Of a DNA stretch of 64,000 nt, positions 38,803 to 50,788 are shown piece by piece; within the stretch, counting starts at the first letter, position 1; every line of letters starts with the position of its first letter. The notes under the pieces are model-generated. The model did not search any database. It was not told where the DNA came from and saw only the letters and a list, made by a program, of their open reading frames with translations. The stretch spans positions 158,168,058 through 158,232,057 of the forward strand of contig NC_092372.1 in assembly GCF_030028105.1 (NCBI RefSeq). Reading direction: 5' to 3'. Made by a program: the position numbers and the translations under genes. This stretch comes from Mobula birostris (taxonomy: Eukaryota).

Positions 38803-39417
38803 ATTGTCCATCACCTGACTTAGAAATACTTCTGTTAAGGCATGTGCCTTGCAAACTGTGTTGATTTCCACATCAATGTTATTTTTGTCTCATTTTGTGC
38901 CCAGTGGCTCCATGTCTTGTACACATGGAGAGTCTAGATCAAACATCTGGAAGCATGGCACCAGTGGACAAAGTAGAGATGGAGCTACCTCTTTAAAAAT
39001 ATATTGGTTAAAAACTGTAATGCTGTGCATATTTTAGATTAACCTCTGAAACCAGCTTCCAACATCACTGACATGTTCAAACTGTTGCTCCTTAATAGCT
39101 GGATAGCTGTCAAAAGGCCAAGATCGATTGTCCTTTGCCTTTCTATTGCTCCAGGTTTAGGCTACACTTACAAACAAATAAATGGTATTCCCCATTATCC
39201 TAATATATCTTGTTGAGGTGGAGATTCCCAGCATCACTGAAACTGGGTTGTTGGCTGGGATCTTGGCGCATAAGTTTTCTAGGCAATTGAACTAATTATA
39301 AAGCAGCAGTCTTTATTTTTGCAAAGTTTCTAGCAAAGGTATATACTGTATTTTAAACTGAACAAAATAATTCAACTCTAGAATGAAAGAATGTCTCTTA
39401 AAATTCATCTCTTTCAG

Positions 39418-39660
39418 CAATATGTGCAAATCAGCAATCAATCACAGTTTTATGTGAACACCAATTTAATGGAGTTCCAAACTTATCAAAATCATGGTTT
39501 TCTGAACACAGTGCAAAGCACACATTCTGCCAAATTTTTCCTTCCTGACTTTTTGGATAAAACGATTACTGCAGGAACTGGTGAAAATAATAGTTGTATC
39601 ATCAGCCACTTGATCAGCTTCAAAAAAAATCCATACATCTGGGGAAAGTCTCCAGTGGAG
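39418..39660 (+). CDS. PKD1L1: PKD1L1 exon, GAIN (QYVQISNQ...CIISHLISFKKNPYIWGKSPVE)
   Basis: ctctttcag| ... GAG|GTTAGT; 243 nt, phase 0-0; FKKNPY motif. Confidence 0.92.
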
Positions 39661-40428
39661 GTTAGTTAGCAACAGAGGTACTTTGGTGTGTGTGTGTCTG
39701 TGTGTTGTGTACTTTTATAAAGGTTAAGTTTTGAATATTGATAATATTCATGAGAAGTTGTTTCAGACAATGCAACTATACAAAATCTTGGATGAACCAG
39801 TCATGATGAACTCTCAAATGTTCTGTGTTCCCACTGAGGAAGGATAAAGTGATCACTTTGACTTAACAGAAACTTAATTAGAAACTTAATTTGACTTCAT
39901 TAGAAAGCTGTTACGGGTGTGAGGGCTAAATTAAGATAAAAGATGTTACAAATTGCATTTTAATAACTTGGATATAGTTTCCAAGGTATTAAGAATAGTT
40001 AATGGAATGCTTTGCAATAAATAAAGTACTTTGTTATACATCACTAACATTTCATACTTTTTCAGAAGAAAATTGCTGTGATGTAATGAAAGATTGTATT
40101 TACCATTATAGCAAGTTCAGTAAGGATAGTGTGCTTGTTCTCCCTGAATATAGCCACAACTTCTTTTTTTCTATATCAGTAAAATCTTTTGCTCTATTCA
40201 CAGAATTTGTGGACTATATCTATAAAGCATTGTCCACTGGGTCAACTAAATTATATATGGAGTTGTAGCAAGAAGAAGGCATTCACTCCCCTGTTTATCA
40301 TAGAATTCAATTATAAATAGCTCTGATTCCATATAACATACTTCATTAATGAAAATGTAAATGAATGATATTAATTAAAGCTGTTTATCCATTTTGGTGA
40401 GTAGGTGTTGTTATTCTTTTTCTTGTAG

Positions 40429-40542
40429 ATTAGTGGAGATGTTGCTGACCTCACGCTGTATAATTGCACTAACAGAAGAAAAGTTGAAGTTAAAGGGCTC
40501 AGAACACCTGTTCTAATTGAGTTTGAAAGGAAGGACTCAAAT
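40429..40542 (+). CDS. PKD1L1: PKD1L1 exon, GAIN (ISGDVADLTLYNC...PVLIEFERKDSN)
   Basis: ttttcttgtag| ... AAT|GTAAGT; 114 nt, phase 0-0. Confidence 0.92.
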
Positions 40543-41639
40543 GTAAGTTTTATCACATTGAGGTCAAGTAATGTTAGAAATATAAGACTCTTAACTGGTC
40601 CCCTTGTATGATAAAGTTGAACTCTTGACCGCTCAGCTTACTTCATCCAAGGCCTTTCCCTTTATTTGTCTACCTCAACTGTGCTTTCTCGGTAACACTA
40701 TATTCTGAATTGCTATTGTTTTTGTTTCCTTTGTATTACCTGTATGTACTTATGTATGGAGTGATCTGAATGGATAGCATGCAAAACAGACTTTTTCTCT
40801 GCATCTCAATACGTGACAATAATTACAAAATTCATATTTTGAGATTCTGTGTTTTGAAATTCCAGAGCTTTCCAAGTGGTAAACCCTGGAAGAACTTGCT
40901 TCCTTCAATCTTTTTTTAATAATCACTTTTAGGATCTGAGAACTGCCAGCATGTCCATTTCCCAGATACACAATTACCCTTGAGAAGGTTGTGGTCAATT
41001 TCCCACTTGCCTGCATTAATTCCATATCCTTCGGTATATTGTTCACTCAGATTAGTATCCTGATAACTCTTAAATATTGTTAATGTTCTGCCTCCATCGC
41101 CTTCTCTGATGCATAGTCCAGTTACCAGATACCTTGAGAGCATATACTGTGGGAGCCTGTTTGACAATGTAAGCCATTATCTGTAATGACTTTCTTTTCA
41201 CTCAGTAAATTAATTAACCCTCAATAATTTCAGTGTTACTGTTTTGTCAAAGAATGCTGAGCTTCTTACTGGATCAATGCCTTGTAATTTTAGACTTTCC
41301 AATCTGTTGGCCACAGTGAAATGCTGTGAGCTCTTCAGTCAATAGACCAGAGAAATTAACTGAGGACAGTTTTTATTTCTTACCAATGTTAACACTTGTT
41401 TAGGTGTTTGCGTGTTTGAACGTACAAGTTCACAGATAGCCTGAAGCATGAATGGGGTTGAATAACCATGAATCAACCCTCATGGGGTTGGAAATCCTGT
41501 TTTTTTAATCACCTGATATCATATGGGATTGCTGATATCACAAATGAAATTGGAGCTGAATGGGATATCAACAATCACATGAAATCTTAACCCAAAAACA
41601 TTAAACCAATTCTTTATTTGTTTGACTATATTTTGAGAT

Positions 41640-41860
41640 ACAACACAGTAACAAGTCCTTTTGACCCAATGAGAGCACACTATCCAATTACACCCAATTA
41701 ACCTGTCTTTGGGATGTGGGAGGAAAATGGAGCACCTGGAGGAAGCACACATGGTCACAGGGAGAACATACAAACTCCTCGAGGGCAGTGGCAGAACTGA
41801 ATCCGGGTCCCTGGCACTGAAATAGTGTTATATTAACCACCATACCACCGCACTGCTCCA
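41640..41860 (-). mobile_element. V-SINE (HE1-like, tRNA-derived)
   Basis: The reverse complement has the V-domain gagtttgtatgttctccc...ttcctccaggtgctcc..ttcctcccacatcccaaagac; a decayed relative lies at about 49060-49215. Confidence 0.8.
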
Positions 41861-42297
41861 TTGGATATATATCATGATACATCCAAGATCAGCTAACTAG
41901 CATGGGTGCTGGATTGAACTACCTTTGCACTAAAATAGTCTTTTTTTTTGTTCTAATTGTGTTTGTTCTTGTAAATATTATGTACAAGTTGTTTTTCTTG
42001 TAAATGCCGCTTATGTAATGCCATGTACCTGTGATGCTGCTGCAGTTAAGTTTTTCGTTGCGCCTGTGCTAACATGTACTTGTAAACGTGACAATAAACT
42101 TGACTTTGATTTTGAAAGTGATATCTTCTGTTTGTTCCTTACACATAGTAAAGGAAGATTAATTGAAGCTGAGGCAATAGTGATTCAGCTTTGTTGAATA
42201 TATGTGCAATTGGCTATCAGTATGCCAGCTGGAGCATTTTTCAAAGCAATCTGCTGTTTCAGATAAAACTTCTGACTATTTTCCTGTCTTATACCAG

Positions 42298-42446
42298 GAA
42301 CAGTTCAATGTGCATGTCCTCCATCGAACCCAAATGAACATTCATATCTTGCCAGTGACACCAGCCAACCTACAGCAGGCTTTGCAGATTAGAGTGAATT
42401 TCATCAGGCCTGACCAGGAGGTGTTTCCTGTCATGCTCTTAGTGAG
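42298..42446 (+). CDS. PKD1L1: PKD1L1 exon (EQFNVHVLHR...FPVMLLVR)
   Basis: cttataccag| ... GAG|GTATGA; 149 nt, phase 0-2. Confidence 0.9.
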
Positions 42447-42761
42447 GTATGAAACAATTTACACCTTTGGATATGGGCATCCCCATACTCTTGGGAGTTG
42501 AATTGCTGCTGAAGATGTTCAGTGTTTCTAGTTGTAAGCTTCCAGAATGGTCGCCAAGGGACATTAAGAAACAGTGGTTTACTAGTAAATCAGCTTGGCT
42601 TATGGCTTGAAAAGAAGCTTGGAGGTGAAGCCATTTTCATGTGGCTGCTGTCATTTTCTCTTAATGCAGGGTAGATTATAGTGACAGCAGTTATTTTTCA
42701 CACAAGTTACTATTTTACTTTCATTTTTGAAGCTAATACTTTAATTTATATGTTTCTCTAG

Positions 42762-42862
42762 GTCGAATAAAGAGCCAACTCCAAATAAATATAACTTAAA
42801 ACAAGTCCACCACTGGAATGGAGATGTGATCCATTTGTTTATTTCTGCAACATCACTCTTGG
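42762..42862 (+). CDS. PKD1L1: PKD1L1 exon (SNKEPTPNKYNLKQVHHWNGDVIHLFISATSLL)
   Basis: tttctctag| ... TGG|GTTTGT; 101 nt, phase 2-1. Confidence 0.88.
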
Positions 42863-43729
42863 GTTTGTCACTCCTTCTTACATTTTTATACTTTAATGTT
42901 TGATGTTTTAAGAATTTAAATCAAGCTAAAAGGATGTAGGTAGTCAAGAATTTAAAATGGAATGTACGAGATCTGTATAATAACTTTCGTGTCATCTTAA
43001 CTCCTTTTCTCCTACTCAACAAAATAATAAAGTATGCTTAATTTAGACATGAATTATCTTGACAATCCAGAAGGAGAGATTTTATCTTGTTCACTGTTTG
43101 GTGTGAGATTTATAAAGTTCACTTTTGTGGTATTGCTACATAAGAGCTGCTGGATAACTTGTAAGTTACAAACATATTATCGTATATGTTTTGGCACTGA
43201 ATGCTTGCAAACATACACAATACTTGTTCTGTTTGAACTTGGCTGTGCCTTTTAATAGATGTCAAAGACATGGATGTCCTTTCCAGCACTAATTTCATAG
43301 TTGACTAGTACCCTATAACTTTCAGGGAAAGGGACTCAAATCACTAGAAGGATGCCAGCAGCACTGTTTGCATGAAATCCTCCAAATTAATCATCAGGAT
43401 AAAGAAGCCATCTGTACCCTCCACTCAGCCAACACCTCCACTGTCAGTGTTCTAATTATACTCAGCCAGCTATGCAGGCATACTACATAATTTGGAGACC
43501 TGACAGCAGACTTATGAAACAGACACGTTATTCCGTAGTGTATTTCTAAAAGGGATAAGCTTCAGGGATGTTATCAATGCCACCTCATGCTGCGATCAAC
43601 CCAAGTCAATCAATGGGGCATCTGAGAAAGTACTGAGAAACTGGAGTTCTTTTCTACAGTCCTACAGAAGCCTGGAAACCAGGGGACCTTGCACTTACCA
43701 TAGCAAACCAGTGGAGGACTTGTACAATG

Positions 43730-45142
43730 AATGTTAGGACACTGGGGAGGGTAATGGAACAGAGGAACTTAGGAGAACAAAGGCATTTTTGTTGAAAGTG
43801 GCATCACAGGTAGTGAGGACGGTGAAGAAAAGATGTTTAGCATGTTGATCTTTATCAATCAGAGCACTGACATTATGTTGCGGTTGTATAAGTCATTAGC
43901 GAGGTTCACTTGGAGTTCTGTGTACAGTTTTCTGTACCGTGCCCTGTTAGGGGAAAAATGTGGTTAAAACGGAAAAAATGCAGAAATGATTTTGAGGATG
44001 GTGCTTGGACTAGAGGGCAAGTTATAGGGAAAGGTTATCCGGGCTAGGTCTTCATTTCATGGAACATAGGGGAATGAAGAACAACCTTAGAGAAATGTTT
44101 AAAATTATGAGAGGCAGAGATATGGTGGATGATAATGGGAGAGAAGAGACCAAAATTAGGGGGAATAGAGTTAGGGTGAGAGGGTAAAAATTTAAAAGGG
44201 ATCTGAGGGCTGATATTTTCATGCGGACAGTGGTGAGTATATGAAATGAGCAGTCAGAGGCAGGTAGAATAGTATAATTAGAGATAATTAAAGAAGCACT
44301 TGGATAGGTACCTGGGGGTGGGGCAGGGGTGTTGGGGCATTGCTTGGAGGGGTACACTCTGGAAATTGAGACTTTCTGAGTGGATACCATGGACTATATG
44401 GACTCATTGGGCTAAGGGCTGTGTCCATGCTTTATTGCTCTATGAGTCTGACTCCATCAAGCACCTCCTACCTCATCTGTGGTAGAGTTTGTGGGGACCA
44501 CATTAGTTCATTAGTCACCTAGGAACACACAGAACTGGACTGGAAGGGAGTCATTCCCATCCTGAGCAAGCACTTAAAAAGAGGAACTTTATAGCTTCTA
44601 AAAGAGAACAGAAATAAATAAGAAAGAAAGAAAGGAAGGAAGGTATTTTTGCATTATTGAAAATTTTGGCAGAGAAGATTTATGAGGATGATTCCTGGAA
44701 TGCAGGGGCTAACATATGAGGAGCATTTGTCAGCTCTTGGACTGTATTCATTAGGGCATAGAAGTATGAGAGGGGATCTCATGGAAACATTTCAAATGTT
44801 GAAAGGGTTGGACAGAGCAGATGTGGAAAGGCTGCTTTCCTTAGTGGGTGAGTCCAGGACAAGAGGCCACAGTCTTAGAATTAGAGGGTTAGAATTTAAA
44901 ACAGAGATGAGGAGAAATTTTTTTAGCTGGAGGGTCATGGATTTATGGAATTCGTTGCCACTACGGCTGTGGAGGCTCGATCATTTTGGGTGTTTAAGGA
45001 GGAGTTTGATAGGTATCCGATTAGCCAGGGTATCAAGGGATATGGGGAAAAAGCTGGAAATTGGAACTAGATGGGCAAATAGTTTAGCTCATGGTGGAGT
45101 GGCAGAGTGGGCCGAATGACCTATTTCTGTTCCTTTGTCTCA
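43730..45142 (+). mobile_element. Two tandem CR1 3' fragments (older about 43730-44455; younger about 44665-45142) separated by a (GAAA/GAAG)n tract
   Basis: MIPGMQGLTYEE...SRTRGHSLRIRG...NFFSWRV. Confidence 0.8.
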
Positions 45143-45574
45143 TGAATGTTTGTTTAATAAATAATATTTAATGTTTTTATTTTGTTAGACTCTTGCCCAA
45201 AGGTTTGTAACATTTTGAAATACACAGTAACATTGAAATCAGTGGTCTAACTAAGCTGCAGGTCAGTGCAGCATACCAGTAAAGAGGTGGTTGATACAGT
45301 AAGTATACATGGGTACCAATAGCAGTGAGATATTTAAGTTACTTTAAATACACATGTATCACAAAGAGATTCTGGTTCTGCTGAGTAGAATCTCTGGTAC
45401 GTGTATCTTAGCTCACTTTGCTACATTCTATGCAAGACAGAACATTTTTTTCAGAAGTTAGCTAAAGTATAAGTATAGTGAAATTGAATAAAATAACATA
45501 GTCACAAAACTGAGAAGTAAAGGCCTCTATTATGTTAAATTTGGTAATCTGTTTTTCATTACTATTCACACCAG

Positions 45575-45770
45575 GTACTGGGACATATTATCTTGGCCTC
45601 TTAGATGCAAATTACAATAGAAAGCCCAAAAATAACTATCTTGCCAACAATGTAAGTTACACGCTAAGTGTCCGATGGATTCAGTGTTTGTACTGGGATG
45701 ATATCAAGGAGTGGAAATCTGATGGCTGTTCACCCCGGCAGGAATCAGATTCACAGAAAATAAACTGCAG
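45575..45770 (+). CDS. PKD1L1: PKD1L1 exon, N-terminal part of the GPS (GTGTYYLGLLDANYNRKP...QCLYWDDIKEWKSDGC...INC)
   Basis: caccag| ... CAG|GTATGA; 196 nt, phase 1-2; C-x2-W...W-x4-C GPS pattern. Confidence 0.95.
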
Positions 45771-46852
45771 GTATGATTATTCTCAGTGATGATGTTTCTT
45801 TGGTATGCATTTGATATTACCTTATGCAAAAAGAACTCCAATAAAATACAGCAATCTAAAATTACGGGAACTTCTGACAGTAACTGTTGGCCCTTTCCTA
45901 TAAGAGCTTGAGGTGATATGGCTTTCTTGCACATTCAAAACACATATACGCCAAACTTGTTCAGCCCCACATCAGATGCCTCAAGGAATCCAGAATGAGA
46001 CAATGTGACTTGATGGACATTCCCTGACACCTACACTGGAGTATCTGGTCGAGTGACCCATCTGTTCTACTTAACTAGCAAGCTGTCCTTTGCCATTGAT
46101 TCTAATTGAGGAGATTAGCTTGAGAGACTAAGGTACAGAGGAATAATGTGTATTGTAGTGTTTATAAACTATTTTCAGTAGTTTTAATTAGTACAATTGT
46201 TTTTAAGTACTTTGTTTAACTGCTTTAATTATATTAATCATTTATTATTTTTTGTTGTATATGATTTTAATAACTTGGATATTTTCAAAACATTCATAGG
46301 TTTGCAAACTTAATAGTTGTTTATGTCAAGAATAAGGTTAAATGGACAAGAAACTGTATTTTCAGTTATTTTGAGAATCAGGTTTGTTTTATCTCCTCGT
46401 TCCACAGTGCGATTTACAAACTGAAAGTCACTGCTTCTGCATTGAGCTTTGGCACCAGGGATGGAGGCAGATTTTCTCAGGGAGATGTCCCAGGAATTGT
46501 GTAAATAAGGCAGGAAAGGCGAGAGGCTCACCATTGGTTACAGATTCTGACCCAAAGACCTTTGCTGTTTTATTTGTAATTTGTGCTAATTAATGCTCAT
46601 TAATTTTCATTCTGAGTGGAACAAATAATTATAATGAGGAAAGCAAAATGCAACTTTACTTAGATGAGTTCGACAAAAGCTTTCACTGTTTTGTTTTACT
46701 CACAGCTTGTACTGTAAAATGCAAAATTAATCCACATCGGTCAGATTAAATGAATTAAAGTTCATGTTTGATGCTTTTGCTCTTTTCCAAATAGTTACTT
46801 CTGTCATCTTTTAGATAAATATATAATACTTAATTTTTTAATTTTTAATTAG

Positions 46853-46939
46853 TTGCAACCACATGACAACATTCACAGTTGCACATCAGTCGGTTAAGAT
46901 GAAAGATGTCAAATTCACAGATATATTGATATTTATCAG
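46853..46939 (+). CDS. PKD1L1: PKD1L1 exon, GPS cleavage site and stalk (SCNHMTTFTVAHQSVKMKDVKFTDILIFI)
   Basis: tttttaattag| ... CAG|GTGGGT; 87 nt, phase 2-2; not in the ORF track. Confidence 0.9.
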
Positions 46940-47702
46940 GTGGGTATCACAACAATTAAGGATATACTGTCTTAATACATGCCCTCTGGAACTGATTATT
47001 TGCATAATTAATTATATACACAGTGAATAGAATTTGTCTAATATCAGCACTGGATTATTACAAGCAAATGTGTCAGTAGAGAAAAGGCAAAATTAAATAA
47101 AAATTCCTTTCATTGATAAATTAGGAATATTCTGAAATTGGTATAATAGATATATTGGAGATCAAATTTTCAATTTGATATAGAGGTTTCATACTATTGG
47201 ACTGTCCACTTGAGATTATATAAACTTTACACTCGTGGCTACATTTGCAAAAACAAAATAAACTGAATACACTTTGAGGTTCCAAGTACTGAATCACTAT
47301 GCTGATTGCTGATTGTACTTTATTAGCAAAATCCATGTTATCTCCTTTGCTCTGCTGTATCTTTTCCAATTTTAGGAAGCAAGTGCTCTTCTTATTTATT
47401 TTCAGTTATTTTTACCTCTTGACTTTTACTTGGCAACTTTTCTAAACTTTAGGCTATGGTACTGATTATCCAAAATTTGAGATTACAAACAAGTATGCAT
47501 CCCAGTTTAGTTTTTATTAAAATATTCTAATACTTAATACTTGTGTAATGAATAAATATTACTTTAATAGAACCCAGTCAGCTGATGAATATTAAAAATG
47601 TTATTAATTCAGGCCAGATGGCAAAATAACCCTATTGTCTATATTTCTGATAGTCATCTATGTTTTTGGAGATTCATCATTATTTATTTCTTGCTTTGGC
47701 AG

Positions 47703-47910
47703 TGCTGTTGAAAACTACGTCACTTGTATCACTGTTCTGTTCGCACTGACCTTCTACCTTCTGCTGGTTATCTTGTGTAAGCATAAGGATCTTGTCCTTG
47801 AGACAAAACCTAAACTCATTGTATTGCAAGACAATGCTCCCGCTGACCAGTATCTTTATGCAATCATTGTGGAGACCGGCTTCAGGACAAAGGCTGGAAC
47901 CACTGCCAAG
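47703..47910 (+). CDS. PKD1L1: PKD1L1 exon, TM1 and start of PLAT (SAVENYVTCITVLF...YAIIVETGFRTKAGTTAK)
   Basis: ctttggcag| ... AAG|GTATTT; 208 nt, phase 2-0; hydrophobic helix plus TG...AGTTA PLAT motif. Confidence 0.95.
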
Positions 47911-48172
47911 GTATTTCATGTCCTTCTTAAAATCATGTTGTTTTTCTGTAATTTAGCACTGGCAGTATCAAGTTATCAAAGAGATATAAGAAAGTAGAAA
48001 GTATTGTTCTACAAAACAAATGATTAATTCCATGTGTTCTTCTGGATGGACAATAGAACACAAATGTATTTAAAGGAATAAAATGGCGTGAACTTAAGTA
48101 TATATTTTATAGGAATATCATGCGCATTAGACCAAATGACCCTGCTCAACAATATCTGTCTTATGATCCTCT

Positions 48173-48431
48173 CTTTGGGTCTGGCTGGTGGTGCAGTGAC
48201 ATCAGCGCCGGACTCCGGAACAAAGGTTCCCAAGTTCGAACCCAGTCGGGCCGCTCCTGGGCACGCTTTCCATCCGTGCCGGGTTGAGTATCGAGCTCGC
48301 AACTCGGCCTTGTAAAAAAAAACTGCGCCCTGAGAAGGACTAGGGGAACCACTCACAGAATCTTTCCTCCAAGACAACCACTTGAAAACTGGTCACTGGG
48401 GCTCTGGCAGAGTATGGCACACACAAAAAAA
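48173..48431 (+). mobile_element. tRNA-derived SINE with a 10-bp TSD
   Basis: A box TGGTGCAGTGA (48189), B box GTTCGAACCC (48234), tail ggcacacac(A)n; TSD atgatcctct at 48163-48172 and 48432-48441. Confidence 0.85.
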
Positions 48432-49559
48432 ATGATCCTCTTATAGGGCTTATTATCAGATTTTTTCACTTTTTTTTAGCCATTCATGTACAAGCACATG
48501 CATATTGCTGTCTGACTACAGCAACTAGGCATACGTCAAATCTGTTATTTCCCCATGTATTATACTGCAGCACAGAAGGAAGCTATTTGGCCCATTGTAG
48601 CAAAACCAGCTCTTAGAAGTCCCAACATTCCTCACCCCCAACATCCTCCCAACATTTCTCCCCCCCCCCACCGGACTCAAAAACTGTTTTTCCCCAAGCA
48701 GTAAGACTAATCAACACCTCCACTCACTAACTCCAGTATTACTTAATTATTTCCTGTCACAGTCACCTTCTGTGTCCAGCCTAGCTTCATTTTATGGACA
48801 TACAATCAACCTATGTATATACGCTATCTTACATATTTATGTTTATTGTGTTATTTTATTATTGTTGTGTTCTTTATCTTCTGTGCTGCATCAGATCCGG
48901 AGGAAGGACAATTCCATTCTTCTTTATATTTGTGTACGAGAAATTACATTAAACAATCTTGAATCTCCTTGTCTCAGTATGGCCTATTTCCCCTTCAATA
49001 CGCCTCTGATTCTTTTGTCACAAGTACCCTGAGGAGTACCATACAGTAACAGAAAACCTACCAGCCCATCTTTGTAAGTTTCAAGGAAATTGGAGCACCT
49101 AGCAGAAATTTACATAGTTACAGGCAGAATGTGCAAATTCCACATAGACAGCAAGTGAGACCAGAGTTAAATCTGCTGGGAGATAACAGTACTGACTGCT
49201 ATACCACAGTGATGCTTTTGAACTTCTGTAATTCTCAAACTAAACTGCTGGTAAATCTGTACAAGCAGATGGACGGTGTAATGATATACAGTAAGTGAAG
49301 TGTTGGTTTAGTGACTTTCTCCTTCTAGACATAATCCAGTAAATCGACCGAAGTTAGATGCCACAGTCCATTTTTGGAACATCAAATGCAGCAAGTGTTT
49401 AACCGGTTAACGCTACAAAATTCATATCATGCAGAACTTATAAGCATTTGTGAGCAGAATACAGCATAATTAACACCTTAATTAACTCTTCAATACAAGA
49501 GTGGAGTGCTAGTTTTGTGTGTCTTGTTAACATAAAGACAATGCACATGATATACATCC

Positions 49560-50610
49560 TCAGTTTTCTCACTTGCAGACCACAGCCAGTTCAGATTGGC
49601 AGCAATGTCTCCTCCACAATCTCCATCAGCATAGGTGCACCATAGGGCTGTGTGTTTAGCCCCCTGCTCGACTTGTTTTGCACTTATGAGTGCGTGGCTA
49701 GCAGATAGGAGGGAGATTGAAAATATGGCTAAGCGGTGCCACAACTACAATCTCTCACTCGATGTCAGCAAGACCGAGGAGCTGATTATTGACCAGGAGG
49801 AGAAAACTGGAGGTCCATGAGCCAGTCCTCATCGAGGGATCGGAGTGGAGAGTGCAGCAACTTCAAATTCCTCACTGTTATCATTTCAGAGGACCTGTCC
49901 TGGGCCTGGCACGTAGGTGCAATTACAAAGAAAACACAGCAGCGCCTCTACTCCTTAGAAGTTTGTGAAGATTTGGCATGACATCTAAAACTTTGGCAAA
50001 CTCCTATAGATAGGCAGTGGAGAGTATATTGACTGGCTACATCACAGCCTGGTATGGAAACACCAATGCCCTTGAATAGAAAATCCTACAAAAAGTAGTG
50101 GATACAGCCCAGTCCATCTCGAATAAAGCACTCTCCACCATTGAGCACATTTACAAGGAATGTTGTTACAGGAAAGTGGCAACCCTCATCAGGGACCTCC
50201 ACCACTCTTCTTGATGCTGACATCAAAAAGCTGGTACAGGAACCTGAGGATGCATACCATGAGGTTCAGGAACAGTTATTATGCCCTCAACATCAGGGTC
50301 TTGAAACAGAGGGGATAAATTCACTCAATCTCACTTGCCCCATCACTGAACTGTTCCCACAACTTTCAAGGACTCATCATCTCATGATTTCAATATTTAT
50401 TACTTGTTTATTATTAATGTTTCTTTTTCTTCTTTTGTATTTGCAGTTTGTTGTCTTTTGCACATTGGTTGTCCACCCTGATGGGTGTGACCTTTCATTG
50501 ATTCTATTATGGTTATTAGATTTATTGAGTATGCCCACAAGGAAATGAATCACGGGGTTGTATATGGTGATATATATGTACTTTTATTATAAAATTACTT
50601 TGACCTTTTA
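49560..50610 (+). mobile_element. Rex/Babar RT and 3' UTR fragment
   Basis: GAP-GCVFSP remnant, LDVSKTEELIID, ESILTGYITAWYGN. Confidence 0.85.
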
Positions 50611-50681
50611 ATTTTAGCTTTTCACAATGGTTATTCTAACAGTTACAGTCATGTTTGATAACAAATCTGAACTATTTTTAG

Positions 50682-50788
50682 GTATATATCAAACTTTATG
50701 GAGAAGATGGTGTTTCTGAAACTAGAGAGTTATACCACTCTGAGAAGCAATTATTTGAGAGGAATTCGAGATACACATTTATAATGAG
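50682..50788 (+). CDS. PKD1L1: PKD1L1 exon, PLAT (VYIKLYGEDGVSETREL...LFERNSRYTFIM)
   Basis: tatttttag| ... GAG|GTACTA; 107 nt, phase 0-2. Confidence 0.93.

Noticed and set aside
41447-41490. Small inverted/direct repeat (atggggttga...tcaaccctcatggggttg)
   Set aside because: Too short and imperfect to assign; probably a repair scar.
48177-48250. tRNA gene
   Set aside because: A/B boxes are present but there is no clean cloverleaf; it continues into a SINE body with a tail and TSD.
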